Shown here: piece after piece, positions 20,301 to 26,588 of the stretch | Numbering within the stretch: the first letter of the stretch is position 1 | How the letters are laid out: every line of letters starts with the position of its first letter | Virus record (IMG/VR): IMGVR_UViG_3300036791_001038 | Span: 1 to 64,000 of that record | Strand: one strand, 5' to 3' | From: a virus | Length of the DNA: 64,000 bases | Notes under the pieces: model-generated | The model's database searches: none | What the model was told of the DNA's origin: nothing | What the model saw: only the letters and a program-made list of their open reading frames with translations | Position numbers and translations under genes: made by a program

Positions 20301-21045
20301 CGACGAGAGCCGGGACATGCCCATCTACAAGGCCCAGGTGGCGGCCAAGCACGTCCACTGGGACGAGAACGACATCAACGAGTTCGGCTACTCCGGCCCC
20401 GAGGTACCCGCCACCAAGCACCTACCGGGTGGTCCTGACGCGCCGCGCCTGGCTGCCTTCGTGGCCGCCCTGGACCCCGGCCAGGTCTCCGAGGCATCCC
20501 CGGAGGAGTTCCATCGCCGCTTCTCCGAGGCTATGGAGGGCAGCCCCTTCGTCCACCATGTGACCAACCACACTCCCGAGGAGATCCGCTCGGGCGGCAT
20601 GCGCCCGCTCACCACCAACGGTGGCGACACCGGGGTGCTGGTGCATGACCACGGCGACGGCCGTATCGAGGCCACCGGCCTGTACAACCGCTCCAAGGTC
20701 AAGGGCGCGGGGGTCGATCTGCTCAAGCATACCATGGAGCATCATGGCGTGAACTACGTCGAAGCGTATGGACCTAGACTTCCCCAGTTGTACCGACGAG
20801 CAGGCTTCCAGACCACCGAGAAATATCGCTTCGATCGTGAGCAGGCTAACCCTGGCTGGGATTTTCGCCAGTTCGATTCGCCTAGCTATCACATCATGCA
20901 CCCACGTAACACTCAGAAGTCTGGTAAGGTGATCTCATGGCCTTCGACCGCCAGCGTTCCATTCCTGTTCCCATCAACGAGCCTGAGCCCTCCGAGGGGG
21001 CTATCAGCCTTTGGGATGTTGACTGGGACGACCCCGAGCAGGTAG
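11323..21045 (+). CDS. prohead protease fused to a polyvalent multi-effector polyprotein (GNAT x3, NUDIX, ParB-like, ART-like x~8, Zn modules)
   Basis: N-term F.GKPVFVNH...TSMG..V.YSICS.CG...YC.H...FFENS protease-like domain, positioned before scaffold and capsid genes. NUDIX box GGHIGQDESPIEGAIREWKEEVG. ParB EGNHR. GNAT V.PDHRDKGIGSRL. Multiple YH-x-T/HGT ART-like starts. Confidence 0.85.
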   Translation: MIKYASLEILSSEYGGDGPIRRQAHRADFAYDPRPGFLYVRSRAISSRVNDNYDGFPAEEIEKGYKSFIGKPVFVNHVNDDHRRARGVVIAAALHHDVNPNGTPDTWCEVLMEVDAHRFPKLAQAIVQGHIDKTSMGVDVEYSICSACGNKATSPAEYCRHIPQLKGSKIVRRNAKTGRPEETLIYETCYGLSFFENSLLVEDPADPTAFFLGVDKRGLDMSPHHASKDLVDQAPGDAIVHGQFSPGQRTGSNLANFVLGELGAPMPDTSGLAVTGDLVGHVVDVGTDHPVGGILARRVVAGMADEQPIWDRADQLFVTEAMGIGRATVDSESAISLVGAAPGPGPAGVRTAGAINPGEVPLHVAHDDQLKRSGLGAFVASSDEEGPRTGQFGDDHALVNVHQVKSRPNTYYLHNLWVNPDHRDKGIGSRLMKSITDEHDANGSTLALHTDQPRLQEWYKGMGFEPKERDVFGQVMERPPRTAGLRAFVAASSDEDDDLSTKSPAEIDARLGDHHTKLYGHQGRQASALEQMHHAVGDRQQGRGQGKFWQKSHQEVLNHDPSTLTNPRLARDYARNRTAYDSAGEDAKTEQGHISRYDNEFHKRGGWSRFFLVPDGHIHSSMQCHSCRPTTPFSWLPNLSGKSEGEAVEQHGPHLCTHCFKSAPTEWKRDPAETRAEEKKKSGEYCEGGKASSYPDAEERARRKATHPQGKVKLEPGEAMYTGQRGGYQGRCPTCKTIQKVKNSGEFYQHKPPEVPKEEKPKVERPVLPDPGKGLKTHLRQKHQMNTHDFDSYQQYQPDKSLDQIHSDLHEKYDNNQHAPNNHTHGGSAPPATTVMTPPREGSRRGLRAFVGADASGITVAGLAVVARDTGRVLMLQRLLDGKDPAGGTWEWPGGHIGQDESPIEGAIREWKEEVGQHLPEGHVGGSWDSKGMYQGFVYVIPSEDDIEVYSGKRPVTNPDDPKGDNPEAVAWWDPKDLPDMPALRPECKTTDWSLFKPAAIAKVAVEEKPSEPWYHSADDYEGAVGDRTHITRNVQMDLPTHLVAHMPGVMDERPGEHRNMQGDKWEDFKNDISANGIKNPLFITVDHGQRPRLSEGNHRRDAAIELGLKHVPAQVRYYGHAERDSDLEDQARKWWTHNPQHLPRTSARASRIKWDQVEQDYEHSGPSDYGGAYWITPSGKNLNVGEYHSNLFKHPAVGYNPNAKPEYADEDSRHVLAQGGVRIMHLPNSAYGNRIAVEHHHPLTEGQQKTLISFVHRSHPDSLDYDGPNGYRQFDFPTGADVRKHLSKEAAYDLLGPGKGHYFEPVEEGSDWCAVCGHDRRVTKHPLPKQAAAERQYLYHTSPVHNRASITEKGLLPNQPGHEDEPELPKGVYLDSDEKMALDTGNDYGEDVWKVDVTGLKHHVDPYWEGVAHRPNTSHYVKGAIPPHRVTLHRPASWHECSDKSCHLARIGLRAFVALVVPKTFFHGTTEELQPGDVLHPGNEMGLKTHPQLHKWRGDHVWATPEEAGAWGYSEQAETSRGTHHVYGPTVGDRPRPRVYEVEPMGPVQKRRRLSPFDPEEYTMPSARVLRSIDIPHPEVPLPTQGKPSGGGMQGRLPGEKSWENWKTLEPDAADLSEHWELSRRRHPEAWAAGDKEEPAPETDEHQQKLFAARMAALRAFIAVNSSDEVPPPMGESPIPEGHVRLFHQTSVKQAESVRQHGLTMEHARDVSGPRGVWASHGTRFYGEGDEHATVEFHVPYDELRDTAGGQSPHRHQPQEDWEKSTHHTLIIPRSIKPHEISAIHLPWHNRYHYFHDNGMTDDVKKGEYDNLSDMKDYGPAIDKIKHEALRHLAMQAEDEVPPRLGTAPIPEDHVRLYHHTWSRNVPGIREHGLLAEMGQGDSGKGYGNEASAGVWAASQHPEPDPQSDRHVIEFHAHPREIDVNGPSPGQDIHKWQQGDHNVLMRGSVPKENILAIHAPWHTAYHQISEDARDREDVKGGKLDWVHNDPSMKEISKAVHKIQSEAKKTRNTEKPQQCNWCKQPATKSMLWAEGMGYIPTCDKHEAKTRDHIENTNDDEVVAIHQIKQGAKQPYIGKGWWLTPEGKKIGVYDHYETTPGMARQMIRPHMAESGQVRVRSFNNQLNVQTSRPFTDAQRQSLLLDADKHSRMFVDVLHPDTEESIHSESGGPEDADRMLARAHRAAIPHTAALTLLADQPYAGGHTFQFIKATPKVMGGSSLHELRAYPEGESKRYSGSLRWSYKSGEIAGIDVDKDQQRQGLATELLGRARDIAATTRGVIAPKHSDQRTNEGEAWARSTGDRLPRRLTGLGVFVAAFGQPQLFDPGSGGHEHLPNPRGGLDWHHGTPHHFESFEEERPEEDDPYGGYDFETGEKFKQPHWNTHLGQHWTSLPGVAEHFAKGQYGQYGEGKGHVITANLGVKHPKDYKLESHMDKEAFEHAWDGHDPHDYHDEFCHNPEHRDDPDEEHFDDEPYHYNDQHERGDEVDRQVQARYRDREQQGEWLSQHPDSGSLAESFKDKVRQEGHDGITYGNELEGPHGHQCAITFDEHQIHNPRRRALGKLAVEDYDTLYHITDQHHFALDPEHAPQDNAFAIQDRSHYKGLYATKDPDTWRAQGYHRPYVAELHVPHGLAQQERWHGESFIPAEHFDKVKVNRVIPFDAHQREKWGEPGTIESYHGTHYQTNQPLKKKPGWESSDYYEADENEPATKDVRDFTPKEHTRHLKRLREYLHHVQGWGWNEFNQKHEHVGIGEDEQDEEGMPIRRDQKGQPMTRDRYAAKTGPIYYHGHGRGGARAATGDPEWDDNLFVSHDPEVAKLYGPKLDRIQMAPDTKVARHEHWLGAQRPDIALNLLRKAKAKNADVIEFHKPHDFVGHIILNKDKIVSREPYDPGHTAMADRGDYGMEHSPHLEGPALHELGHSYPDIYDHPEYYGSMHERPGRESARALKRAKGIGPDDQVSIYRAAPHGVTTFNHGDWVTLSPSYAQQHSRHPTDESRDMPIYKAQVAAKHVHWDENDINEFGYSGPEVPATKHLPGGPDAPRLAAFVAALDPGQVSEASPEEFHRRFSEAMEGSPFVHHVTNHTPEEIRSGGMRPLTTNGGDTGVLVHDHGDGRIEATGLYNRSKVKGAGVDLLKHTMEHHGVNYVEAYGPRLPQLYRRAGFQTTEKYRFDREQANPGWDFRQFDSPSYHIMHPRNTQKSGKVISWPSTASVPFLFPSTSLSPPRGLSAFGMLTGTTPSR
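11977..12420 (-). CDS. HNH homing endonuclease nested antisense in the giant ORF
   Basis: CWPWT...GYG...YAHRFGYE...VRHTCDNPPCQNPAH..VGT..DNM.D; C-terminal AKLTEDEVREIR HTH. TAAGCT -10 lies 7 nt upstream. Confidence 0.9.
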   Translation of the reverse strand: MGDMERYLSRIDRSGGPDACWPWTWGCTNKGYGALRVNGRSTYAHRFGYEQLVGPIPDGLFVRHTCDNPPCQNPAHWVVGTHIDNMADKIARDRQSRGIWHGRAKLTEDEVREIRTSSLTRAELAMYYGVSWSLIDQILRGVVWTHI

Positions 21046-21176
21046 CCGCGCTCAAGGCCCAGACCGAAGCCGAGCTTGAGGCCGAGAACCCCGAGGATTG
21101 GGCCGCCATGACGCCCGAGCAGAGGGAGAACTCCTGGAAGGCGGCCCTCGCTCAACTCGGCGTACACGGCGTCTGA
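20937..21176 (+). CDS. small acidic protein overlapping the polyprotein 3' end
   Basis: AAGGTG RBS, coherent acidic helical sequence. Ends just before late-motif copy 2. Confidence 0.6.
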   Translation: MAFDRQRSIPVPINEPEPSEGAISLWDVDWDDPEQVAALKAQTEAELEAENPEDWAAMTPEQRENSWKAALAQLGVHGV

Positions 21177-21177
21177 G

Positions 21178-21213
21178 CCTGTCGGGCGCTCCCTGAGCGC
21201 GCCGAAGTGGTGA
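21178..21213 (+). promoter_or_regulatory. putative late promoter motif copy 2
   Basis: CCTGTC-N20-GAAGTGGTGA, followed by G then ATG. Confidence 0.7.
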
Positions 21214-21214
21214 G

Positions 21215-23449
21215 ATGTCTCTGGTCGCCACCGCCAAAGAGCAGACCACGGTGCCGCCCGAGGTGGACACCATGCGGGAGGAGATCTGCCCGGTCTGCGG
21301 CTCGGACGACTCCTACGTGGGTGACAAATGCTCGGTGTGCGGCTTCGAGAAGCCCCCGTCGCTGTTCATGGACCCCGACACCTCCCTGGCCCAGAACGTC
21401 AACCTGCGCCAGCAGGACCAGGAGGACGCCAACGACGACGGGGCCGGGGATCTGCAGTGCCCCGAGTGCGGGGAGACCTTCTCCTCGGCCGAGGCCCTGA
21501 ACCAGGCCGGGGACCCCCACCTGGCCCCGGCCGCCCAGACCATCCCGGCCGAGCAGGACCTGGTCGCTCCCGAGGAGGGCTCAGAAGAGCCGGAGGGGCC
21601 GCTGGAAGCCCCCGAGGACGAGGATGAGAACCAGATGGCCCCAGGCCCGCCTGAGGACGCCATGGGCGTTCCTGGGCAGCCTGAGCCCCCCGAGGAGGAC
21701 CAGGAGGAGGAGCTACCACCGGGTCAGCCCGAGGACCAGGACGAGGTAGCTCCCGGCCAGGAGGGACCAGAGCCGCCCGAGGGGGAGCTTGACGGCGAGG
21801 AGATCCCCGAGGGGGCCGAGGAGGAAGAGGAGCCTGAGCAGGCCGAGCAGGAACAGGTCGATCCCGAGGCCATGGCCGAGCAGCAGTATGCCGCCGATCA
21901 GCAGGGCATGGCCGACACCGGCTACGAGGAGGGCGACATCTGCCCCAACTGCGGTCAAGGCATCCTGCAGGAAGTCGGCCCGGAAGGCCCCATCGTCCCG
22001 CCCGAGACCAGCAGCCCGCGCACCGCCCCTGACTCCGGTGACCAGGGCCAGTCACCCTTCCCGGTCAGCGACGAGGACGAAGAGGATGAGGGTGACCAGG
22101 AAGAGGCACCCGGCGCAGACGAGGCCGAGGAGTCCGGCGGTCAGTCCGACATAGCCCCCGAAGACCAAGACGACGGGGATGAGGACCAGGAGCCAGACGA
22201 TGAGGACGGGGACGAGGATGAGGACGAGGATGGCATCCCTCCCTGGGTGAAGAAGAAGACAAGTTCACATGAACTACCAGCCATAGGAAGGAGCCCCAGT
22301 ACCATGGCCAACCGCACCCGCACCAACGGTCGCGTCACGCCCCGACAGCCCCAAACCACCACCCGCACCGCCAACACCGCTCAGCCCGAGCCCACGCCCC
22401 GGACCTCGGTGCGGACGGCCCTGCACGCCTCGCTCAACCAGCAGGCCCATGTGCTGCGCCAGATGACCGCGGCCTGCCAGCAGGAGCGCATCCTGCGCCT
22501 GGCGGCCGAGGCCCGCATCACCACCTTGGAGCGCCAGATGCTGCGCTTCGCCCAACTGGCCGGGGCCGATCACGATGCCGAGCTTCGCTCCCTCAACGAG
22601 GAGGGCTACCGGACCCACACCGCCCTCATGGCCCGTGCCGCCTCCCTGCATGACACCACTCGGCACATTGCCGACCAGCGCGACCCCGGTCAGCCCGTGC
22701 CCGAGCCCGCCCCGGCTCCTCCGGTGGTGACCGAGCAGGAGGCGGCCCAGCCCGCCGGGCGGGACGACGTGACCCAGCTTGGGGCCACTCCGGTGGCCGA
22801 CGTGTCCGCCGACGCCACCCTGGCCGTGGACGAGCCCTACGGCACGGCTGCCTTCGAGCCCCTCAACCTCAACCAGGTGGACGTGACCGCCCCGGTCCAG
22901 AACACCCAGGGCCATCTGCCCCCCGAGCAGACCATCATCCCCGTCGAGGTGCGCGTCGGTGACCCCGACGATCCCCAGCCCAGCTTCGGTTGGACCATCG
23001 ACGGTGGCAACCCCTCCGGTCAGACCGGGGGCTCGGTGGGCTCAGGGGCTCCCACGGGAGCCGGGCGCGGCGCACCAGGGGTCCAGCCCGGCACCACCGC
23101 GGCCCGCAACGACGGCCAGGTCTCCCTGGGAGCCCTGCGGCTGGCTCGGCTCCGCATGCAAGCTGGTATTGCCCCGGCCAACCAGGACGACCTGTCCATC
23201 GCCGCGGCCATCCAGGACAACCCGGCCCTGACCGTCGAGGCCATCAACACCGAGATCCGCACCCTGACCCAGGTGTTGTCGGCCCAGCCTCAGGCCCAAC
23301 AGCGCACCGCCGCCGCCAGCCGTCGCCTGGTCCCCCGTGCCGCGCCGGGGGCCGAGCCCATGCCCTCTCTGGCCCCGAGCGGGGAAGGCCCCATTCGATC
23401 CCACGCTTCTACCGGGCAAGTTACGGCAGATGAGATGCTCTTCGAATAG
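21215..23449 (+). CDS. head assembly/scaffolding protein (Zn ribbons, acidic region, coiled coil)
   Basis: CPVC..CSVC, CPEC, CPNC; D/E/P-rich middle; coiled coil. Lies between protease and capsid genes. Internal AAGGAG-ATG at 22304. Confidence 0.7.
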   Translation: MSLVATAKEQTTVPPEVDTMREEICPVCGSDDSYVGDKCSVCGFEKPPSLFMDPDTSLAQNVNLRQQDQEDANDDGAGDLQCPECGETFSSAEALNQAGDPHLAPAAQTIPAEQDLVAPEEGSEEPEGPLEAPEDEDENQMAPGPPEDAMGVPGQPEPPEEDQEEELPPGQPEDQDEVAPGQEGPEPPEGELDGEEIPEGAEEEEEPEQAEQEQVDPEAMAEQQYAADQQGMADTGYEEGDICPNCGQGILQEVGPEGPIVPPETSSPRTAPDSGDQGQSPFPVSDEDEEDEGDQEEAPGADEAEESGGQSDIAPEDQDDGDEDQEPDDEDGDEDEDEDGIPPWVKKKTSSHELPAIGRSPSTMANRTRTNGRVTPRQPQTTTRTANTAQPEPTPRTSVRTALHASLNQQAHVLRQMTAACQQERILRLAAEARITTLERQMLRFAQLAGADHDAELRSLNEEGYRTHTALMARAASLHDTTRHIADQRDPGQPVPEPAPAPPVVTEQEAAQPAGRDDVTQLGATPVADVSADATLAVDEPYGTAAFEPLNLNQVDVTAPVQNTQGHLPPEQTIIPVEVRVGDPDDPQPSFGWTIDGGNPSGQTGGSVGSGAPTGAGRGAPGVQPGTTAARNDGQVSLGALRLARLRMQAGIAPANQDDLSIAAAIQDNPALTVEAINTEIRTLTQVLSAQPQAQQRTAAASRRLVPRAAPGAEPMPSLAPSGEGPIRSHASTGQVTADEMLFE

Positions 23450-23635
23450 CTATGGGGTCTCGTCCACCAACTGATTTTCGTCCACGAACTGAACCTGTAG
23501 ATAATCGACAGTTTCAGGCAGCATCAACAGGAACATGCGTAGTTCGCTTCGGCGTATACGCACGGTAATAAGTGCCGGTTGATCAGGATTCGGTAGCTCA
23601 GGATCAGGACCAGTAATAGGCGGCAGCGCAGTCAT
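23450..23635 (-). CDS. small antisense moron-like gene
   Basis: 61 aa, lower GC, TACAAT -10 six nt before ATG (leaderless). Confidence 0.5.
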   Translation of the reverse strand: MTALPPITGPDPELPNPDQPALITVRIRRSELRMFLLMLPETVDYLQVQFVDENQLVDETP

Positions 23636-23703
23636 GCTGCGATTGTATTTACCCACGAACTCCGGTCCTCCGATCGGGGTTCGTGGTCGTTCAGGGATGA
23701 GAG

Positions 23704-23739
23704 CCTGTCTATTTGCGGTCCAGACCGACGAAGTGGTGA
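23704..23739 (+). promoter_or_regulatory. putative late promoter motif copy 3
   Basis: CCTGTC-N20-GAAGTGGTGA. Confidence 0.7.
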
Positions 23740-23767
23740 AAGCCACTCAATAGGAGGCTGAGCGCCC

Positions 23768-24403
23768 GTGATTCGTGTCCCCATCTCTCGGTCGTACATC
23801 AAGCGGACGATCCGGGTCAACTACGGCTGGACCCAGGCCACCCCCAAGAGTGGCTACCTCGATCCCGCTTGGAACCGCTCGGTGCCCATCTGGCCTGGCA
23901 TGGCCTTCATGAGGACCTCCGGCGCGTCTGGCTACACCAGCCCGTACCAGAGCTTCGGAGCCACCTCGGGTGGTCCCAACTACACCCTGCTCAACGCCAC
24001 CGGGGTACCGGCCGGGTTCGTGGGCAACTACATCGGCGGCGAGGGCATCGATGAGCTTCTCGACACCGGCCTGTCCGCCCTGGCCGTGTGGGTCCTCGAC
24101 CCCGACGCCGAGTTCGAGATCCTGGCCCCGGCCTTCGACGCCAACCTGGTCTGGACCGACCCCGGCAACGGCACCGACGCCCTGGTCTATGCCCGCACCT
24201 CCAATCTGGCGGGGGCGGTGGGCCTCAACGGTCTGGGTGGGGCCATCGCGGCAGGCTCCTACACCGGCACCTACGGCCTGCAGGGCCAACTGGTGACCAC
24301 GGCCGACGCCAACAAGTCCACCCAGCCGGTGGCCCGCCTGGTGGCCGTCAACTCCAACCTGTCCATCACCATCGGTGGCCTGGCCGTCCGCTCGGGCTTC
24401 TGA
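23768..24403 (+). CDS. capsid decoration/minor capsid protein
   Basis: AGGAGG RBS, very high GC3, directly upstream of the major capsid gene. Confidence 0.7.
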   Translation: MIRVPISRSYIKRTIRVNYGWTQATPKSGYLDPAWNRSVPIWPGMAFMRTSGASGYTSPYQSFGATSGGPNYTLLNATGVPAGFVGNYIGGEGIDELLDTGLSALAVWVLDPDAEFEILAPAFDANLVWTDPGNGTDALVYARTSNLAGAVGLNGLGGAIAAGSYTGTYGLQGQLVTTADANKSTQPVARLVAVNSNLSITIGGLAVRSGF

Positions 24404-24446
24404 TCCCGCTTCGCCTTAGTCCTCGTCTTACAAGGAGCAAATCGAT

Positions 24447-25439
24447 ATGACTCTGGTTGCCAACGTTGCGGGGCTAGCTCCAAAGCGGGCCAAGAAGTCC
24501 GACGACTACGTCGCTGAGATCCTCAAGCGGCGCGGCGGGGATGGCAACGTCCCGTCGCTGACCCATGAGGCCAAGGTCCGCAAGCTCTCCCTGATCCTCC
24601 AGGACGAGGTCAACGGCATCCGCCGTCTGGGCGTGGGCATGGTCGGACCCATCCAGTTGAAGCTGCGCTACCAGGGCATCACCCGCAACGTGCTGATCGA
24701 GGACCCAGTCACCCCCGGCACCCCGGTCGAGTACGACGTGTGGGACGACCTGGGCCAGGCCTACCTCATGAGTGGCACCGAAGGCGAGGTCCGGGTCACC
24801 CCCTTCGAAGGCAAGCGCCTGCCCATCCGGTTCTGGCGTATCGCCTCCCGTCCGGCCATCCGCAAGGAGGACCTGTTCTACCTCCGCATCAACGCGGTGG
24901 AGCAGGCCCAGGACGAGACCAAGCAGGCCATCATGAAGCAGGAGGACTCCCGCCTCCTGGTCATCATCCAGGCCGCCCTCACCGACTACGCCTCCAGGCC
25001 CGACCATGTCGTCACCCCCAACCACACCGTCTACGAGGCCAGCGGCTACTTCACCCCGCAGTCCATGTACACCGCGGTGGCCCAGTCCGACATGCACGAA
25101 CTGCCAGCCGGGCGCATGCTGGTCAACCCCTTCGACTACCGGGACTTCTTCCGCTGGGACATCAACACCACCGGCTGGGCCTTCAAGGACCGCATTGTGG
25201 CCGGGGAGCAGATCCAGACCTTCGGGGAGTTCAACTTCCAGCGCTCCATCATGGTCCCCCAGGGCCAGATGTACCTGCTGCCCAACCCGGACTTCCTGGG
25301 CGTGTTCCCGGTGCTGTACTCGCTCGACGTGGAGGAGAACCACAACGTCGAGGCCTTCTGGAAGGGCTGGGTTTTCGATGAGATGGTCTCCATGGCCATC
25401 CTCAACCCCAGGGGCATCACCACCGTCCTCAAGGGCTAG
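24447..25439 (+). CDS. major capsid protein
   Basis: 330 aa, strongest codon bias, AAGGAG RBS. PIQLKLRYQGITRNVL..D and GWVFDE.VSMAILNPRG recall cluster-C-like HK97-fold capsids. Confidence 0.85.
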   Translation: MTLVANVAGLAPKRAKKSDDYVAEILKRRGGDGNVPSLTHEAKVRKLSLILQDEVNGIRRLGVGMVGPIQLKLRYQGITRNVLIEDPVTPGTPVEYDVWDDLGQAYLMSGTEGEVRVTPFEGKRLPIRFWRIASRPAIRKEDLFYLRINAVEQAQDETKQAIMKQEDSRLLVIIQAALTDYASRPDHVVTPNHTVYEASGYFTPQSMYTAVAQSDMHELPAGRMLVNPFDYRDFFRWDINTTGWAFKDRIVAGEQIQTFGEFNFQRSIMVPQGQMYLLPNPDFLGVFPVLYSLDVEENHNVEAFWKGWVFDEMVSMAILNPRGITTVLKG

Positions 25440-25466
25440 ACGCCAGGCCCCGGAGGGGGTGCTGAC

Positions 25467-25721
25467 GTGGTGACCACCGACAAGGCCGCCCAGGTGGCCG
25501 CAGAGCCTGAGGAACCGCTCGAACCCTCCTGGTATCGCACCGGCTTCCCCATTATCCGGCGCGTGGTCATCTTCCTACTGGGGATGGCCATCATGATCGA
25601 CGCCCTGTGGGATCGCCAGTACGTGGTCCCGGAGTTGATCATCGGCATGATCATGGTCGGTGTACTTCCGCTCGATGAAGTCCTAAAGTCCCTGACGAGC
25701 AAACGCCGTAAGGGTGGCTGA
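25467..25721 (+). CDS. two-TM membrane protein (holin candidate)
   Basis: Two hydrophobic segments and a basic C-terminus. Confidence 0.6.
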   Translation: MVTTDKAAQVAAEPEEPLEPSWYRTGFPIIRRVVIFLLGMAIMIDALWDRQYVVPELIIGMIMVGVLPLDEVLKSLTSKRRKGG

Positions 25722-25956
25722 AGGGACCGCGATCGCCGCCGTACTCACCGGCACCGCTGCGGTCTTAACGGCTTGGGCGGCTGTCAAGCGAGCCAAATCC
25801 AAGGGGAACGAGGAGTGTGAGGAGAATCTGTCCTTAGCTCGAAAGGAAGCTGAGGCTAATGCCGCCGAGGTCCATCGGCTGAGAATGGCGCATCCAGAGG
25901 ACTATGAGGAGCCTGATCACAAAGAAGAAGTAGAAGATGAGAACAAGGACAAATAG
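25714..25956 (+). CDS. single-TM coiled-coil protein (lysis-cassette-like)
   Basis: N-terminal TM segment followed by a charged coil. Confidence 0.6.
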   Translation: MAEGTAIAAVLTGTAAVLTAWAAVKRAKSKGNEECEENLSLARKEAEANAAEVHRLRMAHPEDYEEPDHKEEVEDENKDK

Positions 25957-26575
25957 AGGAGCTATTACCTCGAATATGCTCTTGGGTTTGTCGGTCATCT
26001 TCATCGTCCTAGCGGTGGTATTCGGCTTGTTGACCGGGAGTGGGGCGTCAACAAAGAACGGACCACCGGGATCGACCGGGCCACCTGGATCGACCGGACC
26101 AGCAGGACCACCAGGCAGTCCCGGCAAGCAGGGACCTCAGGGGCCATCGGGGGCAACGGCCACCACCCTGATCACCGAGGGCGGGCGAGTGGTAACCGCC
26201 ACCGTCCCTGGCGCGACGGGATCTACTGGAGCAGCCGGATCAGCAGGTACGTCAGGAGGGACAGGAGCGACAGGAGCAACAGGAGCGACAGGATCGGGTG
26301 GAGCAACAGGTACAGCAGGAAATACTGGAGCCACCGGGGCACCAGGTGCCCAAGGCCTACCAGGCCCAGCGGGAGAGCGAGGGGCCACGGGCGCTCAGGG
26401 CTCACCTGGTCCATCCGGGTCTCATGGCGCGACAGGAGCTACCGGGCCGCCAGGGCCGCGAGGACCGCCCGGAGTGGCCGGTACGTTCGAGTGTCCGAGC
26501 GGCTCAAGGCTGGAGAAGATCACCTTAAATGGCAAAGGTGGGCAGACCACCCTCTGGGCTTGTGTGATCGGATGA
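25937..26575 (+). CDS. membrane-anchored collagen-like protein
   Basis: TM segment, G-X-Y repeats, C-terminal CP...C. Confidence 0.8.
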   Translation: MRTRTNRGAITSNMLLGLSVIFIVLAVVFGLLTGSGASTKNGPPGSTGPPGSTGPAGPPGSPGKQGPQGPSGATATTLITEGGRVVTATVPGATGSTGAAGSAGTSGGTGATGATGATGSGGATGTAGNTGATGAPGAQGLPGPAGERGATGAQGSPGPSGSHGATGATGPPGPRGPPGVAGTFECPSGSRLEKITLNGKGGQTTLWACVIG

Positions 26576-26588
26576 TCTACACTCAATC

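Noticed and set aside
11323-21045. Inteins as the explanation for the giant ORF
   Set aside because: No C/S-start...HN-C/S/T splice junctions or LAGLIDADG motifs were recognised.
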